Assembly: GCA_035285125.1 (NCBI GenBank)
Contig: JAYKHR010000173.1
Span: 1 to 64,000, forward strand
Length of the DNA stretch: 64,000 bases
Origin: Candidatus Sericytochromatia bacterium
GTDB taxonomy: Bacteria; Cyanobacteriota; Sericytochromatia; S15B-MN24; JAQBPE01
Reading direction: 5' to 3'
In this document: positions 39,264 through 52,797 of the stretch, piece by piece
Position numbering within the stretch: position 1 is the first letter of the stretch
Layout: each line of letters starts with the position of its first letter
Position numbers and translations under genes: made by a program
The notes under the pieces: generated by a model
Told to the model about the DNA's origin: nothing
Seen by the model: only the letters and a program-made list of their open reading frames with translations
Databases searched by the model: none

Positions 39264-40736
39264 CTACAGCGTCTCCCCCTTGAACACCCGGGTGACGGCC
39301 CTGCCGTCCGGGCTGGTGCGTCCGCCAACCAGGTAAAAGGCTCCCCCGTGGTGGAACGCGGCCATCCGCGACAGCGCGCGCTGCCCGGCGGGCTCCCCCT
39401 GCACCACCGGCAACGGGCCGAGGTCACGCCAGGCCCGCTGGATGGGGTTGAACTCGTAGATGCGATCCGTTGGGCTGCCGTCGTCGCGAAGGCCGCCGAA
39501 GAAGAAGCGCCTTCCAGCCACCGTGGCCATCGCAGCGAAGGCGAAGGACTCCGGGGTGCCGACCGTTCGGCCGGACGCGTCGGTGAGCAGCTTCCAGGTG
39601 TTGGCCCCGGTGTCGTAGACCTCGATGGGCCGGTGCCCACCGCCGAAGATCCAGACCTCCTTGCCCTCGACGGCAGCGTTCGCCCCCACCCGGGCGTTCA
39701 GCGCCTCGAGCCGGGCCTCGAAGGCCTCCGTCGGCAAGCCGTCCGGGCCGAGTCGGGCCCGCTCGGCCGCGTACAGGGCGCTCGCCCCCGAGCGCCCCCC
39801 GAACACGTAAAGGTGGTCATCCACCACCACGGCGGCCGCGTCCGACCGCGGCGTGACGAGGGCCACCGCCTGGGTCTCCGCCACCTTGCGAAGCGGCGCA
39901 TAGACGTCGACCGCGCTGGTGTCCTGGGGCCCGACGCGACCACCCGCCAGGTAGACGAGCTGCCCCGAGGGGTGGGTGGCGCTGGCATAGCCCCCCCGAG
40001 CCACGCCGCTGCCCGTCACGACCAGCGTCGACCAGGCGCCCTGCCCAGCAGGGTTGAAGGAGAACACCTGGTTCCGGGCCACAAGGGGCGTCTCGACGCC
40101 GTCGACGCTGCCCCAGATCGAGACGAACGAGGGGGGCTCGGCCCCGTCCCCGATCACAGCGTGGTGGCTGGTCGGCAGCGGCAGACCGGCCACCTCGCTC
40201 CAGCGCGTGATGCGCAGCTGCTTGAAGAAGCTGACCTCCACCCGACCAAGGCCCCCCTGGTCGTCCTCTGCCTCGAAGGCGAGCTTGTGGTCGCCGCTGG
40301 GCACCGGGGTCAGCTCCGGGGGCTCCACCATGTTGTTCTCGACGTTCGGGTTCCAGCCCGTCAGCCGGAAGGCGGGGCCCTCGCCCTCCACCTCCTTCAA
40401 CAGCCGACCGTCATAGAAGAACCGGGCCCGCTGCAGCTTGCGTCCCTCGGGGGAGGTGGCGACGAAGGCCAGCGCCACGGCGGGCTGAGAGAAGTCCGAC
40501 GTGGACGTCGGCTCCTGCAAGACGATCCGCGGCGTGGGGCTAGGGGTGGGCGACGGCGACGCCGGGGCCGCTGAGGGAGAGGCCCCCGGTGAGGCCGGCT
40601 CCTCCGAGGGGGTGGGCACGACCGCGGAGGGCGCAGGCACCGTGGCCGGGGTGACGGCCTTCGGGCGCGTGCAGGCCACCACCAGGCCCAGTGCCGCCAT
40701 GAGCGAGGCAAGCCGCAAGAGCGAGGAACGGTGCAA
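39264..40736 (-). CDS. lipoprotein: Pro/Ser linker, Ig-like domain, Kelch-repeat propeller
   Basis: Lipobox LVVAC; VYLAGG, LYVFGG, VWIFGG, RFFFGG, FYLVGG; AGGAGG before TTG. Confidence 0.85.
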   Translation of the reverse strand: MHRSSLLRLASLMAALGLVVACTRPKAVTPATVPAPSAVVPTPSEEPASPGASPSAAPASPSPTPSPTPRIVLQEPTSTSDFSQPAVALAFVATSPEGRKLQRARFFYDGRLLKEVEGEGPAFRLTGWNPNVENNMVEPPELTPVPSGDHKLAFEAEDDQGGLGRVEVSFFKQLRITRWSEVAGLPLPTSHHAVIGDGAEPPSFVSIWGSVDGVETPLVARNQVFSFNPAGQGAWSTLVVTGSGVARGGYASATHPSGQLVYLAGGRVGPQDTSAVDVYAPLRKVAETQAVALVTPRSDAAAVVVDDHLYVFGGRSGASALYAAERARLGPDGLPTEAFEARLEALNARVGANAAVEGKEVWIFGGGHRPIEVYDTGANTWKLLTDASGRTVGTPESFAFAAMATVAGRRFFFGGLRDDGSPTDRIYEFNPIQRAWRDLGPLPVVQGEPAGQRALSRMAAFHHGGAFYLVGGRTSPDGRAVTRVFKGETL

Positions 40737-40859
40737 CGCGGGACCCTCCTGGGCGCCTGGCTGGCGCGCCCAGCGACACCGTATCAGGGGTGGGAGCCCA
40801 TTTCAAGTCGGGTACATCACTGCCACCACCCCCGCCCGTCTCCCCGAGAGAGGTACGCC

Positions 40860-42335
40860 GTGCCGAATGCCCAGAGCGACACCGCCATCGACACCACCTG
40901 CAACCACATCGATGGCCGGTGGGTGGCCCCGGCGGGCGCGACGATGCTCGCAAACGTGAACCCGGCGGACCGACGCCAGGTGCTCGGCCACTCCCCGGAT
41001 TCCCCCCGCGGGGCGGCCCGAGCAGCCATCGAGGCCGCGGCACGCGCCTTCCCGAGCTGGCGCAAGGTGCCCGCTCCGCAGCGGGGCAAGCTGGTCGCGG
41101 AGGCCGCCCGCTTGCTCGGCGAACGCCGGATGGAGCTCGCCCGGGCCCTCACGCTCGAGGAGGGCAAGACCCTGGCCGAGTCGCTCGGCGAGGTGGACCG
41201 GGCGATCGGATGTGTCCAGTTCGCCGCAGGGGAAGGCGTGCGGCTGGTGGGGCGGACCATCCCCTCTGTGGGGAGTGCGTTCAACTACACGGTGCGAGAG
41301 CCGCTGGGGGTGGTCGCGCTCATCACGCCGTGGAACTTCCCGGTGTCCATTCCAGCTTGGAAGATCGCGCCGGCGCTGGTCGCCGGTAACACGGTGGTGC
41401 TGAAGCCCTCCCCCCTCACCCCGATGACCGCAAGGCTCGTGGTCAGCTGCTTCCTCGAGGCGGGCCTGCCGCCAGGGGTGCTCAACATGGTGTACGGCGC
41501 CACGGACGTCGGGCTGGAACTCACGGAGCACCCCACCGTGAAGGCCGTCAGCTTCACGGGCTCGACCCACGTCGGCAAGGCCGTCTACAACCAGGCCGCC
41601 GCCCACACGGCCCGGTGCCTGATGGAGATGGGTGGGAAGAACCCCTTCGTCGTGCTGGCTGACGCGGATCTTGGCCTGGCCGCCAGGCAGGCCGTGCTGG
41701 GCGCCTTCGGGAGCACGGGGCAGCGCTGCACGGCCACCTCGCGGGTGATCGTCGAGGCTGGTGTCCGGGCCGCCTTCGAGGAGGCCCTGCTCGCAGAGGT
41801 CGCCAACGTCGTGCCGGGAGATGGTCTCGCGCCGACGACGACGATGGGGCCCTGCGTGGACGCCGGCAGGCAGGCCGAGGTGCTTCGCCACATCGCCCAG
41901 GCCAAGGCGGACGGCGCACGCCTGCTCACCGGGGGCGAGGCCCTCACGGCCGGCGAGCTGGCCAACGGCTACTATGTCGCGCCAACCATCTTCACGGACG
42001 TCACCCCGGCGATGCGGTTGTTCCGGGAGGAAGCCTTCGGCCCCCTGCTCGCGATCACCGAGGCCGCAGACTTCGATGAGGCCCTGGCGCTCGCCAACGA
42101 CTGCGACTACGGGCTCTCGTCGTCCATCTTCACGCGCGATCTGGCGCGGGCCATGCGCTTCACGCGCGAAAGCGAGGCCGGGATGGTCCACGTCAACGTG
42201 AACACCACCTACTCGGAGCCCCACCTGCCCTTCGGCGGCTACAAGGACTCCGGGTTCGGGGGCCGGGAGGCGGGTTGGGAGGCGATCGAGTTCTTCACCG
42301 AGTGGAAGACCGTCTACGTGGAGGGCCTCACCTGA
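40860..42335 (+). CDS. NAD(P)-dependent aldehyde dehydrogenase
   Basis: [43 protein letters not shown]. Confidence 0.95.
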   Translation: MPNAQSDTAIDTTCNHIDGRWVAPAGATMLANVNPADRRQVLGHSPDSPRGAARAAIEAAARAFPSWRKVPAPQRGKLVAEAARLLGERRMELARALTLEEGKTLAESLGEVDRAIGCVQFAAGEGVRLVGRTIPSVGSAFNYTVREPLGVVALITPWNFPVSIPAWKIAPALVAGNTVVLKPSPLTPMTARLVVSCFLEAGLPPGVLNMVYGATDVGLELTEHPTVKAVSFTGSTHVGKAVYNQAAAHTARCLMEMGGKNPFVVLADADLGLAARQAVLGAFGSTGQRCTATSRVIVEAGVRAAFEEALLAEVANVVPGDGLAPTTTMGPCVDAGRQAEVLRHIAQAKADGARLLTGGEALTAGELANGYYVAPTIFTDVTPAMRLFREEAFGPLLAITEAADFDEALALANDCDYGLSSSIFTRDLARAMRFTRESEAGMVHVNVNTTYSEPHLPFGGYKDSGFGGREAGWEAIEFFTEWKTVYVEGLT

Positions 42336-43186
42336 GCACCGCCCCTCCGGCGCGGCCCGGCAGGGGCGCCGCGCGACTCGATGTCCGCAGCTTGGGACAG
42401 CGGGGAGGTGGGCGGTCCCTCCTCTCGGGCGTGACCTTCACGGTGCTGCCCGGGGAGACCGCCGGCCTGCTGGGGCCTTCAGGTTCGGGCAAGTCCACGC
42501 TGCTCAAGGCCTGCTGCGGTCTGACCCGGCCCTCGGAGGGTGAGATCCTGCTCGACGGGCAGGACCTCCACGCGCACCGGGAGGCCTGGCGCTCCCGCCT
42601 CGGCTACGTGCCGCAAGACGACATCCTGCACACCGAGCTCACGGTACGCCGCGCCGTGGGCTATGCCGCCAAGCTCCGGCTGGCCCCGACCTTGCCACCC
42701 GCGGAGCGCGAGGCCATCGTGGACCGTGCCATCCGGCATGTCGGGCTCACGGAGCGGGCGGACGTTCGCATCTCGCGGCTGTCCGGCGGGCAGCGAAAGC
42801 GCGCCAGCGTGGCTGTGGAGCTGCTGGCGAGCCCGTCCATGCTCTACCTCGACGAACCGACCTCCGGCCAGGACCCGCACCTCGAGGCCTCCATGACCCA
42901 GCTCTTTCGCGACCTGGCCGCCGCCGGCACGACCGTGGTCGTGACCACGCATGCAATGGCCAGCTTGGAGCTGCTCGATCTGATCGTGGTGCTGGCAGGA
43001 GGTCACCTCGTCTATGTGGGGCCTCCGACCGCGCTCCTCGACCACTTCAAGGTCCGGTCCTACGAGGGGGTGTTTCGTCGCCTGGCCGAGGACGAGCCGC
43101 TCACGTGGGCCAACCGATACCGGAAGAGCCCGCTCCACAGGCCGTACGTGCTCGAGCGGCTGCGGGGAGTGGGGGGTAACGGATGA
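42332..43186 (+). CDS. ABC transporter ATP-binding protein (ABCG-like)
   Basis: GPSGSGKST, GYVPQDD, LSGGQRKR, YLDEPTSG, VTTH; start uncertain (CTG 42332 proposed). Confidence 0.9.
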   Translation: MSTAPPARPGRGAARLDVRSLGQRGGGRSLLSGVTFTVLPGETAGLLGPSGSGKSTLLKACCGLTRPSEGEILLDGQDLHAHREAWRSRLGYVPQDDILHTELTVRRAVGYAAKLRLAPTLPPAEREAIVDRAIRHVGLTERADVRISRLSGGQRKRASVAVELLASPSMLYLDEPTSGQDPHLEASMTQLFRDLAAAGTTVVVTTHAMASLELLDLIVVLAGGHLVYVGPPTALLDHFKVRSYEGVFRRLAEDEPLTWANRYRKSPLHRPYVLERLRGVGGNG

Positions 43187-43920
43187 GGTGGCTCGACAGC
43201 TACCAGGCTCGGGTGCTGGCGGATCGCTACATGGAGGTCTTCCTGGGGGACCCGCGCGGCGTGGGCTTCCTCGTCGCTCAACCGCTGGCCGTGGCGGCCT
43301 GCGCGGGCCTGGTGTGGCAGGGCACGCGCCCCACGCCGACGCTGTACTTCGTGCTGACGTTCGCCACGATCTTCTTCGGGTGCGTGAATGCCTGCCGGGA
43401 AATCGTCAGGGAGCGGGCCATTTTTCAGCGAGAGCGGCTCGTCGGGCTGCAGATCCCGGCCTACATAGCCAGCAAGGTCCAGGTGCTGGCGCTGCTGGGA
43501 TTCGCGCAGGCCATCCTCTTCTTTGGGGGCATCCGTTACTTCCTGGTGCTCGACGGCTCAGCCCTGCTGATGGTGGTGGTGCTGTATGCCGGCCTGCTCG
43601 CCGGCACGGCCCTGGGCCTCGCCATCTCGGCGGTGGTCGGCTCGGACGTCGTGGCGCTGGCGCTGGTGCCCGTTTGCCTCATCCCTCAGCTTCTGTTCTC
43701 CAAGCTGATCATGCCGCAGCGGTCGCTGGAGGGCGCGGTGGCCCTGATGGAGCAGGCGACGCTCGCCAAGTGGAGCTACCAGGCCATGGAGCAGGTGGTG
43801 GCGTCCCCCCCCGATTGGGGCATCATGGTCAGGGCCCTCGCCACCCTCGCAGGGGCCTCCGTGATCCTCGTCGCGGCCGCGGGGCTGGCGCTGCGGGCCA
43901 GGGAGTTCTTGGATGGTTAG
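43183..43920 (+). CDS. ABC-2 type permease
   Basis: Six hydrophobic segments, REIVRERAIFQRERLVGL, IPQLLFS. Confidence 0.9.
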   Translation: MRWLDSYQARVLADRYMEVFLGDPRGVGFLVAQPLAVAACAGLVWQGTRPTPTLYFVLTFATIFFGCVNACREIVRERAIFQRERLVGLQIPAYIASKVQVLALLGFAQAILFFGGIRYFLVLDGSALLMVVVLYAGLLAGTALGLAISAVVGSDVVALALVPVCLIPQLLFSKLIMPQRSLEGAVALMEQATLAKWSYQAMEQVVASPPDWGIMVRALATLAGASVILVAAAGLALRAREFLDG

Positions 43921-44365
43921 GTTTTTCCTGACGCTGGTGCTTGCCGCCGCCGCTGCCGGCGGGTGGTTTTTCACGTGGGGGCCGGCCGCTCACGCCCCCA
44001 TCAGCGTGGTGCTGCGCCCCGAGGCACGCAGGCTGGGCGAGCTGGCCCGGCGCTTCATGGAGGCCATCCGCTTCAAGGACTTCGAGGCCGCGGCCGGCTA
44101 CAGCTCCCCCGAGGACCGCAAGTCGGCTGACATCCCGAAGCTCATCGAGCGCCTGTTCCAGGTCAAGCCCGAGTTGCTTCAGCTCGACAACATCGAGTTG
44201 CTCACGGCCGACGTCGACGAGTCGGGCAAGCGGGCCCGTACCAAGCTAAAGGCAGACGTGAAGCTGCTCAACACCTCCGAGTTGCGGCACCCGGAGGTGC
44301 TGCTTTACTGGAAGAAGGAGCAGGCCGGGCCATGGTACATGGACCTGGCCGGCTCCCTCCAGTAA
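43913..44365 (+). CDS. membrane-anchored hypothetical protein
   Basis: 150-aa ORF overlapping the permease stop, N-terminal TM, GC3-biased codons. Confidence 0.75.
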   Translation: MVRFFLTLVLAAAAAGGWFFTWGPAAHAPISVVLRPEARRLGELARRFMEAIRFKDFEAAAGYSSPEDRKSADIPKLIERLFQVKPELLQLDNIELLTADVDESGKRARTKLKADVKLLNTSELRHPEVLLYWKKEQAGPWYMDLAGSLQ

Positions 44366-44386
44366 AACCGGAAGCCGCCCCGGGCG

Positions 44387-46174
<1,788 letters not shown>

Positions 46175-46338
46175 GGGGGCCTCTTCCGGGCAGGTGCGTG
46201 ACGGGTGGCGCAGACGACGGCAAGGCCGAGCCCGCAGCCTCATGTTACATGAGGGGCCGGCATCACGCCAAATCGGAGCACCTGTCCGCTGCAATCGGCG
46301 GCCCAGCGCCCTCCCGGCATGCCCGCCCCAGTGGTCTG

Positions 46339-46347
46339 TGGTATACT
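46339..46347 (+). promoter_or_regulatory. extended -10 element for tig
   Basis: TGGTATACT about 150 nt upstream of tig. Confidence 0.55.
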
Positions 46348-46499
46348 GCTCGGAGCTTTTGTAGAAGCGTCCACTGCGGGAGCCTGGTCACGGGCGGCGC
46401 GAGCCCCCCCACCCGGCTCCCTTCATCGTCACCCCGCCGGGGGTCGCCCGGCCAGCGCTCGCAGACCGCGAGAGGCGCCTGGACTCAAGGAGTTCACAC

Positions 46500-47948
46500 G
46501 TGAAGGTCACGCTCGAAAAGAAGGAAAAGAACCAGGTCCATCTGGAGGTCGAGGTCGATCTCGACCACGTCAAGCGGGGCCTTGATCATGCGTACCGGCA
46601 GGCCAGTCAGCGGGTGAACATCCCCGGCTTCCGCACGGGCAAGGCCCCGCGGCAACTGGTCGAGCGCACCGTCGGCATGGACTACATCAAGAACCAGGCG
46701 CTCGAGAAGCTGATCCCCGAAGCGCTGGAGAAGGCCGTGCAGCAGGAGTCGCTCGAGGTGATCGAGCGCCCAAACGTCGAAGTCGTCGAGTTCGAGACCG
46801 ACAAGGCACTCGTCTTCAAGGCCCAGGTGCCCGTCCGGCCGGACGTCGAGTTCAAGGGTGGCTACACCGGCCTCGAGGCTCAGGCCCCCAAGATCGAGCT
46901 TGACCCGGAAGCCGTCGAGAAGCGGTTGGTCGAGATGCGCGAGCAGAAGGCGGCGCACGTGGCCTCGGACAAGGCCATCGAGCAGGGCGACGTCGCCATG
47001 ATTGACTTCTCCGGTCGGCTCAAGGATGCCGAGGAGCCCTTCGAGGGCGGCACGGCCGAGAACTTCCGGGCGGAGGTCGCTCCGGGTCGCTTCATCGACG
47101 GCTTCATGGAGAACATGGTCGGGATGAAGGCTGGCGAGGAGAAGAGCTTCGAGGTCTCCTTCCCCGAGCAGTACCACGCGGCCAACCTGGCGGGACAGCC
47201 CGCCGTGTTCACCATCAAGGTCCGCGAGGTGCAGGCCCGCACGGTGCCGGCGCTGGATGACGCCTTTGCCGCCTCGGCTGGCGACTTCAACACCGTCGAC
47301 GACCTTCGGGCTCACGTCACCAAGGAGCTCACCGGTGAAGCCGAGGAGAGCCGCGATGCTGTGCTTCGGCAGCAGGTGCTCGACCAGGTGCTGGAACTGG
47401 CCGACGTCGAGATTCCCCAGGTGATGATCGACCGGGAGGTCGAGTTCCTGATGCGCCAGTACCTGCAGGTGATGCAGGCGCAGGGCATGGACGTGAACCA
47501 GATGTTCACGCGGGAGCGGCTCACCAGCTGGCGCGAAGAGCTCAAGCAGGAGGCGACCAAGCGCATCCGGACGAGCCTGACGCTCGGGACGGTCGCCAAG
47601 GCCGAAGGCATTGCGATCACCCAAGAGGAAGTCGACGAGGAGATCGTGCAGTACGCGGCCATGTACCGGGTCGACCCGGCGGCCGTGCGGAACCAGCTCA
47701 TTCAGAGCGGTGGCTGGACCACGCTGGCCGACGAGGTCCTGTCCAACAAGATCCTCGACTGGCTCCTCGAGAAGGCCAAGGTCACTGATGGTCCTATCCC
47801 GGCCAAGTACGCGCCGGAGGCGGAGGACGCGGCCGCTGAGCAGGGCGACGCTGCCGACGCGGAGGCCACCCCCGCCAAGAAGCCGACGCGAAAGAAGAAG
47901 GCTGCAGAGCCCGCTGCCGAGGAAGCCGCGGCTGGGAGCGAGGCCTGA
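46500..47948 (+). CDS. tig: trigger factor
   Basis: NIPGFRTGKAP, FKBP-like domain (IDFSG..FEGG..FIDGF), AAGGAG RBS. Confidence 0.96.
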   Translation: MKVTLEKKEKNQVHLEVEVDLDHVKRGLDHAYRQASQRVNIPGFRTGKAPRQLVERTVGMDYIKNQALEKLIPEALEKAVQQESLEVIERPNVEVVEFETDKALVFKAQVPVRPDVEFKGGYTGLEAQAPKIELDPEAVEKRLVEMREQKAAHVASDKAIEQGDVAMIDFSGRLKDAEEPFEGGTAENFRAEVAPGRFIDGFMENMVGMKAGEEKSFEVSFPEQYHAANLAGQPAVFTIKVREVQARTVPALDDAFAASAGDFNTVDDLRAHVTKELTGEAEESRDAVLRQQVLDQVLELADVEIPQVMIDREVEFLMRQYLQVMQAQGMDVNQMFTRERLTSWREELKQEATKRIRTSLTLGTVAKAEGIAITQEEVDEEIVQYAAMYRVDPAAVRNQLIQSGGWTTLADEVLSNKILDWLLEKAKVTDGPIPAKYAPEAEDAAAEQGDAADAEATPAKKPTRKKKAAEPAAEEAAAGSEA

Positions 47949-48038
47949 CGAACGGCGGTAGCCCTGATGCCAGGGCGCCGCAGCCCGTTGTATCATCATA
48001 CGCATCCACAGCCAGTGCTAGAACGCGGAGGTTTCGCC

Positions 48039-48695
48039 GTGGGTTCAGACCTCAAGATGGGCCTCGTTCCGATGGTGGTCGAATCGACCAGCCGGGGAGA
48101 GCGGTCGTTTGACATCTTCTCTCGGCTCTTGAAGGAGCGGATCATCTTCCTGTGCACGCCCATCGACGACACGGTGGCGTCCTTGATCATCGCCCAGTTG
48201 CTCTTCCTCGAGGCTGAAGACCCCGAGAAGGACATCATGCTGTACATCAACAGCCCGGGCGGGGTGGTCACAGCGGGCCTCGCGATCTACGACACGATGC
48301 AGTACATCAAGCCCAAGGTGTCGACCATCTGCCTCGGCCAGGCTGCGTCCATGGGGGCCTTCCTCCTGGCCGCCGGAGCCCCTGGGAAGCGGATTGCGCT
48401 GCCCAACGCCCGGATCATGATCCACCAACCGCTCGGCGGTGCGCAGGGGCAAGCCACAGACATCGAGATTCAGGCGGCGGAGATTCTTCGCATCAAGCGC
48501 CGCCTCAACGAGTTGCTCTCCATCCACACGGGGCAGGCGCTCGAGAAACTTGAGAAAGACACCGACCGTGACTTCTTCATGTCCCCCTCGGACGCGAAGG
48601 CTTACGGTCTGATCGACAGCGTGCTCACGCCTCGCATCGGTGCGGATCAGGTGCCGATGCCGGAGGCCGGTAGCACCGGCACCGGAGGGTCCTGA
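48039..48695 (+). CDS. clpP: ATP-dependent Clp protease proteolytic subunit
   Basis: [47 protein letters not shown]. Confidence 0.98.
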   Translation: MGSDLKMGLVPMVVESTSRGERSFDIFSRLLKERIIFLCTPIDDTVASLIIAQLLFLEAEDPEKDIMLYINSPGGVVTAGLAIYDTMQYIKPKVSTICLGQAASMGAFLLAAGAPGKRIALPNARIMIHQPLGGAQGQATDIEIQAAEILRIKRRLNELLSIHTGQALEKLEKDTDRDFFMSPSDAKAYGLIDSVLTPRIGADQVPMPEAGSTGTGGS

Positions 48696-48699
48696 AACC

Positions 48700-50001
<1,302 letters not shown>

Positions 50002-50094
50002 CGCCTGGCGGCGAGACAGGACCGGCGAAGCGGGTTTCGTTGCCACCCGGACCCCGGGGGCGTTGCGAAGCCCGCTCGCGTGTGGAGGAGCACG

Positions 50095-52788
50095 ATGGAG
50101 ACGACGGCTGAGGTGGGCGCGGCAGAGATCGCAAAGGCCTATGACCCTTCCGGGGTCGAGGGGCACTGGGTCGCGCGCTGGGAAGAGCTCGGCGTGTTCA
50201 AGGCTGACGTGGCGTCGGCCAAGCCACCCTTCGTCCTCGCGTGTCCGCCCCCGAACGTCACGGGCTCGCTGCACCTCGGCCACGCCGTCAATGGCACCAT
50301 CCAGGACATCCTGGCGCGAGCCCGGCGCATGCAGGGCTTCGAGGTGCTCTGGCAACCCGGCACCGACCACGCGGGCATCGCCACCCAGTATGTGGTGGAG
50401 AAGAAGCTGTACCGCGAGGAGAAGAAGACCCGCCACGATCTGGGCCGCGACGCCTTCCTCGAGCGCGTCTGGGCCTGGAAGCAAGAGTCGGGCGACGCCA
50501 TCTACGGCCAGTTCAAGCGGCTCGGCGCCAGCTTGGACTACGACAGGTGGCGCTTCACGATGGACGAGGGCTACAGCCGGGCCGTTCGCAAGGCCTTCGT
50601 GACGCTCTACGATCGCGGGCTCGTGTACCGGGGCAACCGGATGATCAACTGGTGCCCTTCTTGTCTGACCAGCTTGTCGGACCTGGAGGTCACGGCCGTC
50701 GAGCAGGCCGATGCCCTCTACCACGTGCGCTACCCGCTGGCAGACGGCACCGGGGAACTCGTGGTGGCGACGGTGCGTCCTGAGACGATGCTGGGCGACG
50801 TCGCCGTGGCCGTCCACCCCGAGGACGCCCGTTATGCCTCGGCTGTGGGCAGGCACGTGCGGCTGCCCCTGACGGACCGGGAACTGCCCGTGATCGCGGA
50901 CACCCACGTCGAACCCGACTTCGGCACAGGCTGCCTCAAAATCACGCCAGCACACGACATGAACGACTTCGAGATCGGACAGCGTCACGGTCTCGAGACC
51001 CGCAACACGCTCACGCCAAGCGGCGTGTTGAACGAGTTGGCTGGCCCCTATGCGGGCCTCGAGCGCACCAAGGCCCGCAAGCAAGTCGTGGCGGACCTGC
51101 AGGCCGGTGGCTACCTCGTGAAGGAAGAGCCTTACACCCACAACGTCGGCCACTGCTCCCGCTGCGATGCCGTCCTGGAGCCCTACCTCTCCGACCAGTG
51201 GTTCGTGCGGATGGGCGAGCTCGCGGGACCGGCCATCGACGTGGTGGAGCAGGGCCAGGTGACGTTCCACCCCGCACGCTGGGGCGACGTCTACCTCGAC
51301 TGGATGCGCAACATCAAGGACTGGAACATCAGCCGGCAGCTTTGGTGGGGCCATCAAATCCCCGTGTGGTACTGCGAGGCCGGCCACCTGACGGTTTGCG
51401 AGAGCGACCCGGCGGCCTGTGCCACGTGTGGGGCCACGTCCCTCACGCGGGACGCGGACGTGCTCGACACCTGGTTCAGCTCCGCGCTGTGGACCTATGC
51501 CACGCTCGGGTGGCCGGACGAGACGCCTGAGCTGGCGAAGTTCCACCCGACGCAGGTGCTCTCCACGGCCCGGGACATCATCTACCTGTGGGTCGCGCGA
51601 ATGATCTTCACCTCGCTGGCCTTCCGGGGGGAGATCCCCTTCTCCCAGGTCATCATCCACGCGACCATCCTGGACCCGGAAGGTCGGCGCATGAGCAAGT
51701 CCAAGGGGACGGGCGTCGATCCCCTCGTCGTCATGGACAAGTACGGCACCGACGCGACGCGCTTTTGGCTTGCGGGGGCCGGCACCAGCAGCCAGGACGT
51801 CCGCTACCGCGAGGAGAAGATTGAGACGTATCGCAACTTCGCCAACAAGTTGTGGAACGCCACCCGCTTCGTGCTCATGAAGGCCGCCGCCCCCGGCAGC
51901 GAGCCCCCCGCCTGGACGGGTGAGCCGGGTGCCCGGGCCCCCCTCTCGTCCGCCGTCGACCGCTGGATCATCAGTCGGTTGCACCGACTGGTGAGCGAGG
52001 TGACGGCGGCGATCGACGCCTTCGCGTTCTCGGAGGCGACGGCGGCCCTTTACGAGTTCACGTGGAACGAGCTGTGCGACTGGTACCTCGAGCTCGCCAA
52101 GGCCCGCCTTGACGCGGGAGACGAGGACGTCCGGCGGGTGCTTGCCGAGGTGATGGACACCCTGCTGCGCCTGCTCCACCCGTTCATGCCGTTCATCACC
52201 GAGGAGATCAACCAGCTGCTCGTCGCGCGCGGCTGGGCTCCGACGGCGGAGACGTTGCAACACCGGACGTGGCCGCAGGCCGACGCCGCTTCGCTGGACG
52301 ACGCGGCGGAGCGGGAAATGGGCCTGCTCATCGAGACCGTGCGGGCCCTGCGCAACATGCGCGCGGAGCTCCGCGTGGAGCCCGCCAAGCTGGCCCCAGA
52401 GGTCGTCATCGTGGCGACGGCCGAGGACCAGGCGTTGCTCGAGCGCGTGGCCCCCATGGTGGCCCGGCTGGGACGCGCAGAGCGCGTGTCCGTCACGTCT
52501 TCGGGCTCGGCGGGCCCGGAGGGTCGGTGTGCCACCGGCCTGGCAGGGGAGAACCAGATCTTCCTTCCTCTCGCGGGCTTCGGGGACGTGTTGGCGCGGG
52601 AGGCAGCCCGCCTCGGCAAGGAAGTCGCGGCGCTGGAAGGGGAGCAGCAGCGGGTTGCGGGGCAACTCGGCAACGAGGCGTTCGTGGCCAAGGCCCCTGC
52701 GGCCGTCGTCGACAAGCTGCGGGCGAGGCAGGCCGAGCTCGCCGGGCAGCTCGAGGCGCTGCGGCGGCAGCTCGCGTCCTGGGCCTGA
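50095..52788 (+). CDS. valS: valine--tRNA ligase
   Basis: PPPNVTGSLHLGH, GTDHAGIATQ, WNISRQLWWGH, DTWFSS, RMSKS, C-terminal coiled coil. Confidence 0.98.
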   Translation: METTAEVGAAEIAKAYDPSGVEGHWVARWEELGVFKADVASAKPPFVLACPPPNVTGSLHLGHAVNGTIQDILARARRMQGFEVLWQPGTDHAGIATQYVVEKKLYREEKKTRHDLGRDAFLERVWAWKQESGDAIYGQFKRLGASLDYDRWRFTMDEGYSRAVRKAFVTLYDRGLVYRGNRMINWCPSCLTSLSDLEVTAVEQADALYHVRYPLADGTGELVVATVRPETMLGDVAVAVHPEDARYASAVGRHVRLPLTDRELPVIADTHVEPDFGTGCLKITPAHDMNDFEIGQRHGLETRNTLTPSGVLNELAGPYAGLERTKARKQVVADLQAGGYLVKEEPYTHNVGHCSRCDAVLEPYLSDQWFVRMGELAGPAIDVVEQGQVTFHPARWGDVYLDWMRNIKDWNISRQLWWGHQIPVWYCEAGHLTVCESDPAACATCGATSLTRDADVLDTWFSSALWTYATLGWPDETPELAKFHPTQVLSTARDIIYLWVARMIFTSLAFRGEIPFSQVIIHATILDPEGRRMSKSKGTGVDPLVVMDKYGTDATRFWLAGAGTSSQDVRYREEKIETYRNFANKLWNATRFVLMKAAAPGSEPPAWTGEPGARAPLSSAVDRWIISRLHRLVSEVTAAIDAFAFSEATAALYEFTWNELCDWYLELAKARLDAGDEDVRRVLAEVMDTLLRLLHPFMPFITEEINQLLVARGWAPTAETLQHRTWPQADAASLDDAAEREMGLLIETVRALRNMRAELRVEPAKLAPEVVIVATAEDQALLERVAPMVARLGRAERVSVTSSGSAGPEGRCATGLAGENQIFLPLAGFGDVLAREAARLGKEVAALEGEQQRVAGQLGNEAFVAKAPAAVVDKLRARQAELAGQLEALRRQLASWA

Positions 52789-52797
52789 CCCGCCACC

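Noticed and set aside
46348..46499. Stems in the tig leader (e.g. GGGAGCC/GGCTCCC)
   Set aside because: No tRNA or known RNA motif recognised; such stems are expected by chance at this GC content
50002..50094. T-box riboswitch before valS
   Set aside because: Gap under 100 nt, no T-box consensus, no terminator
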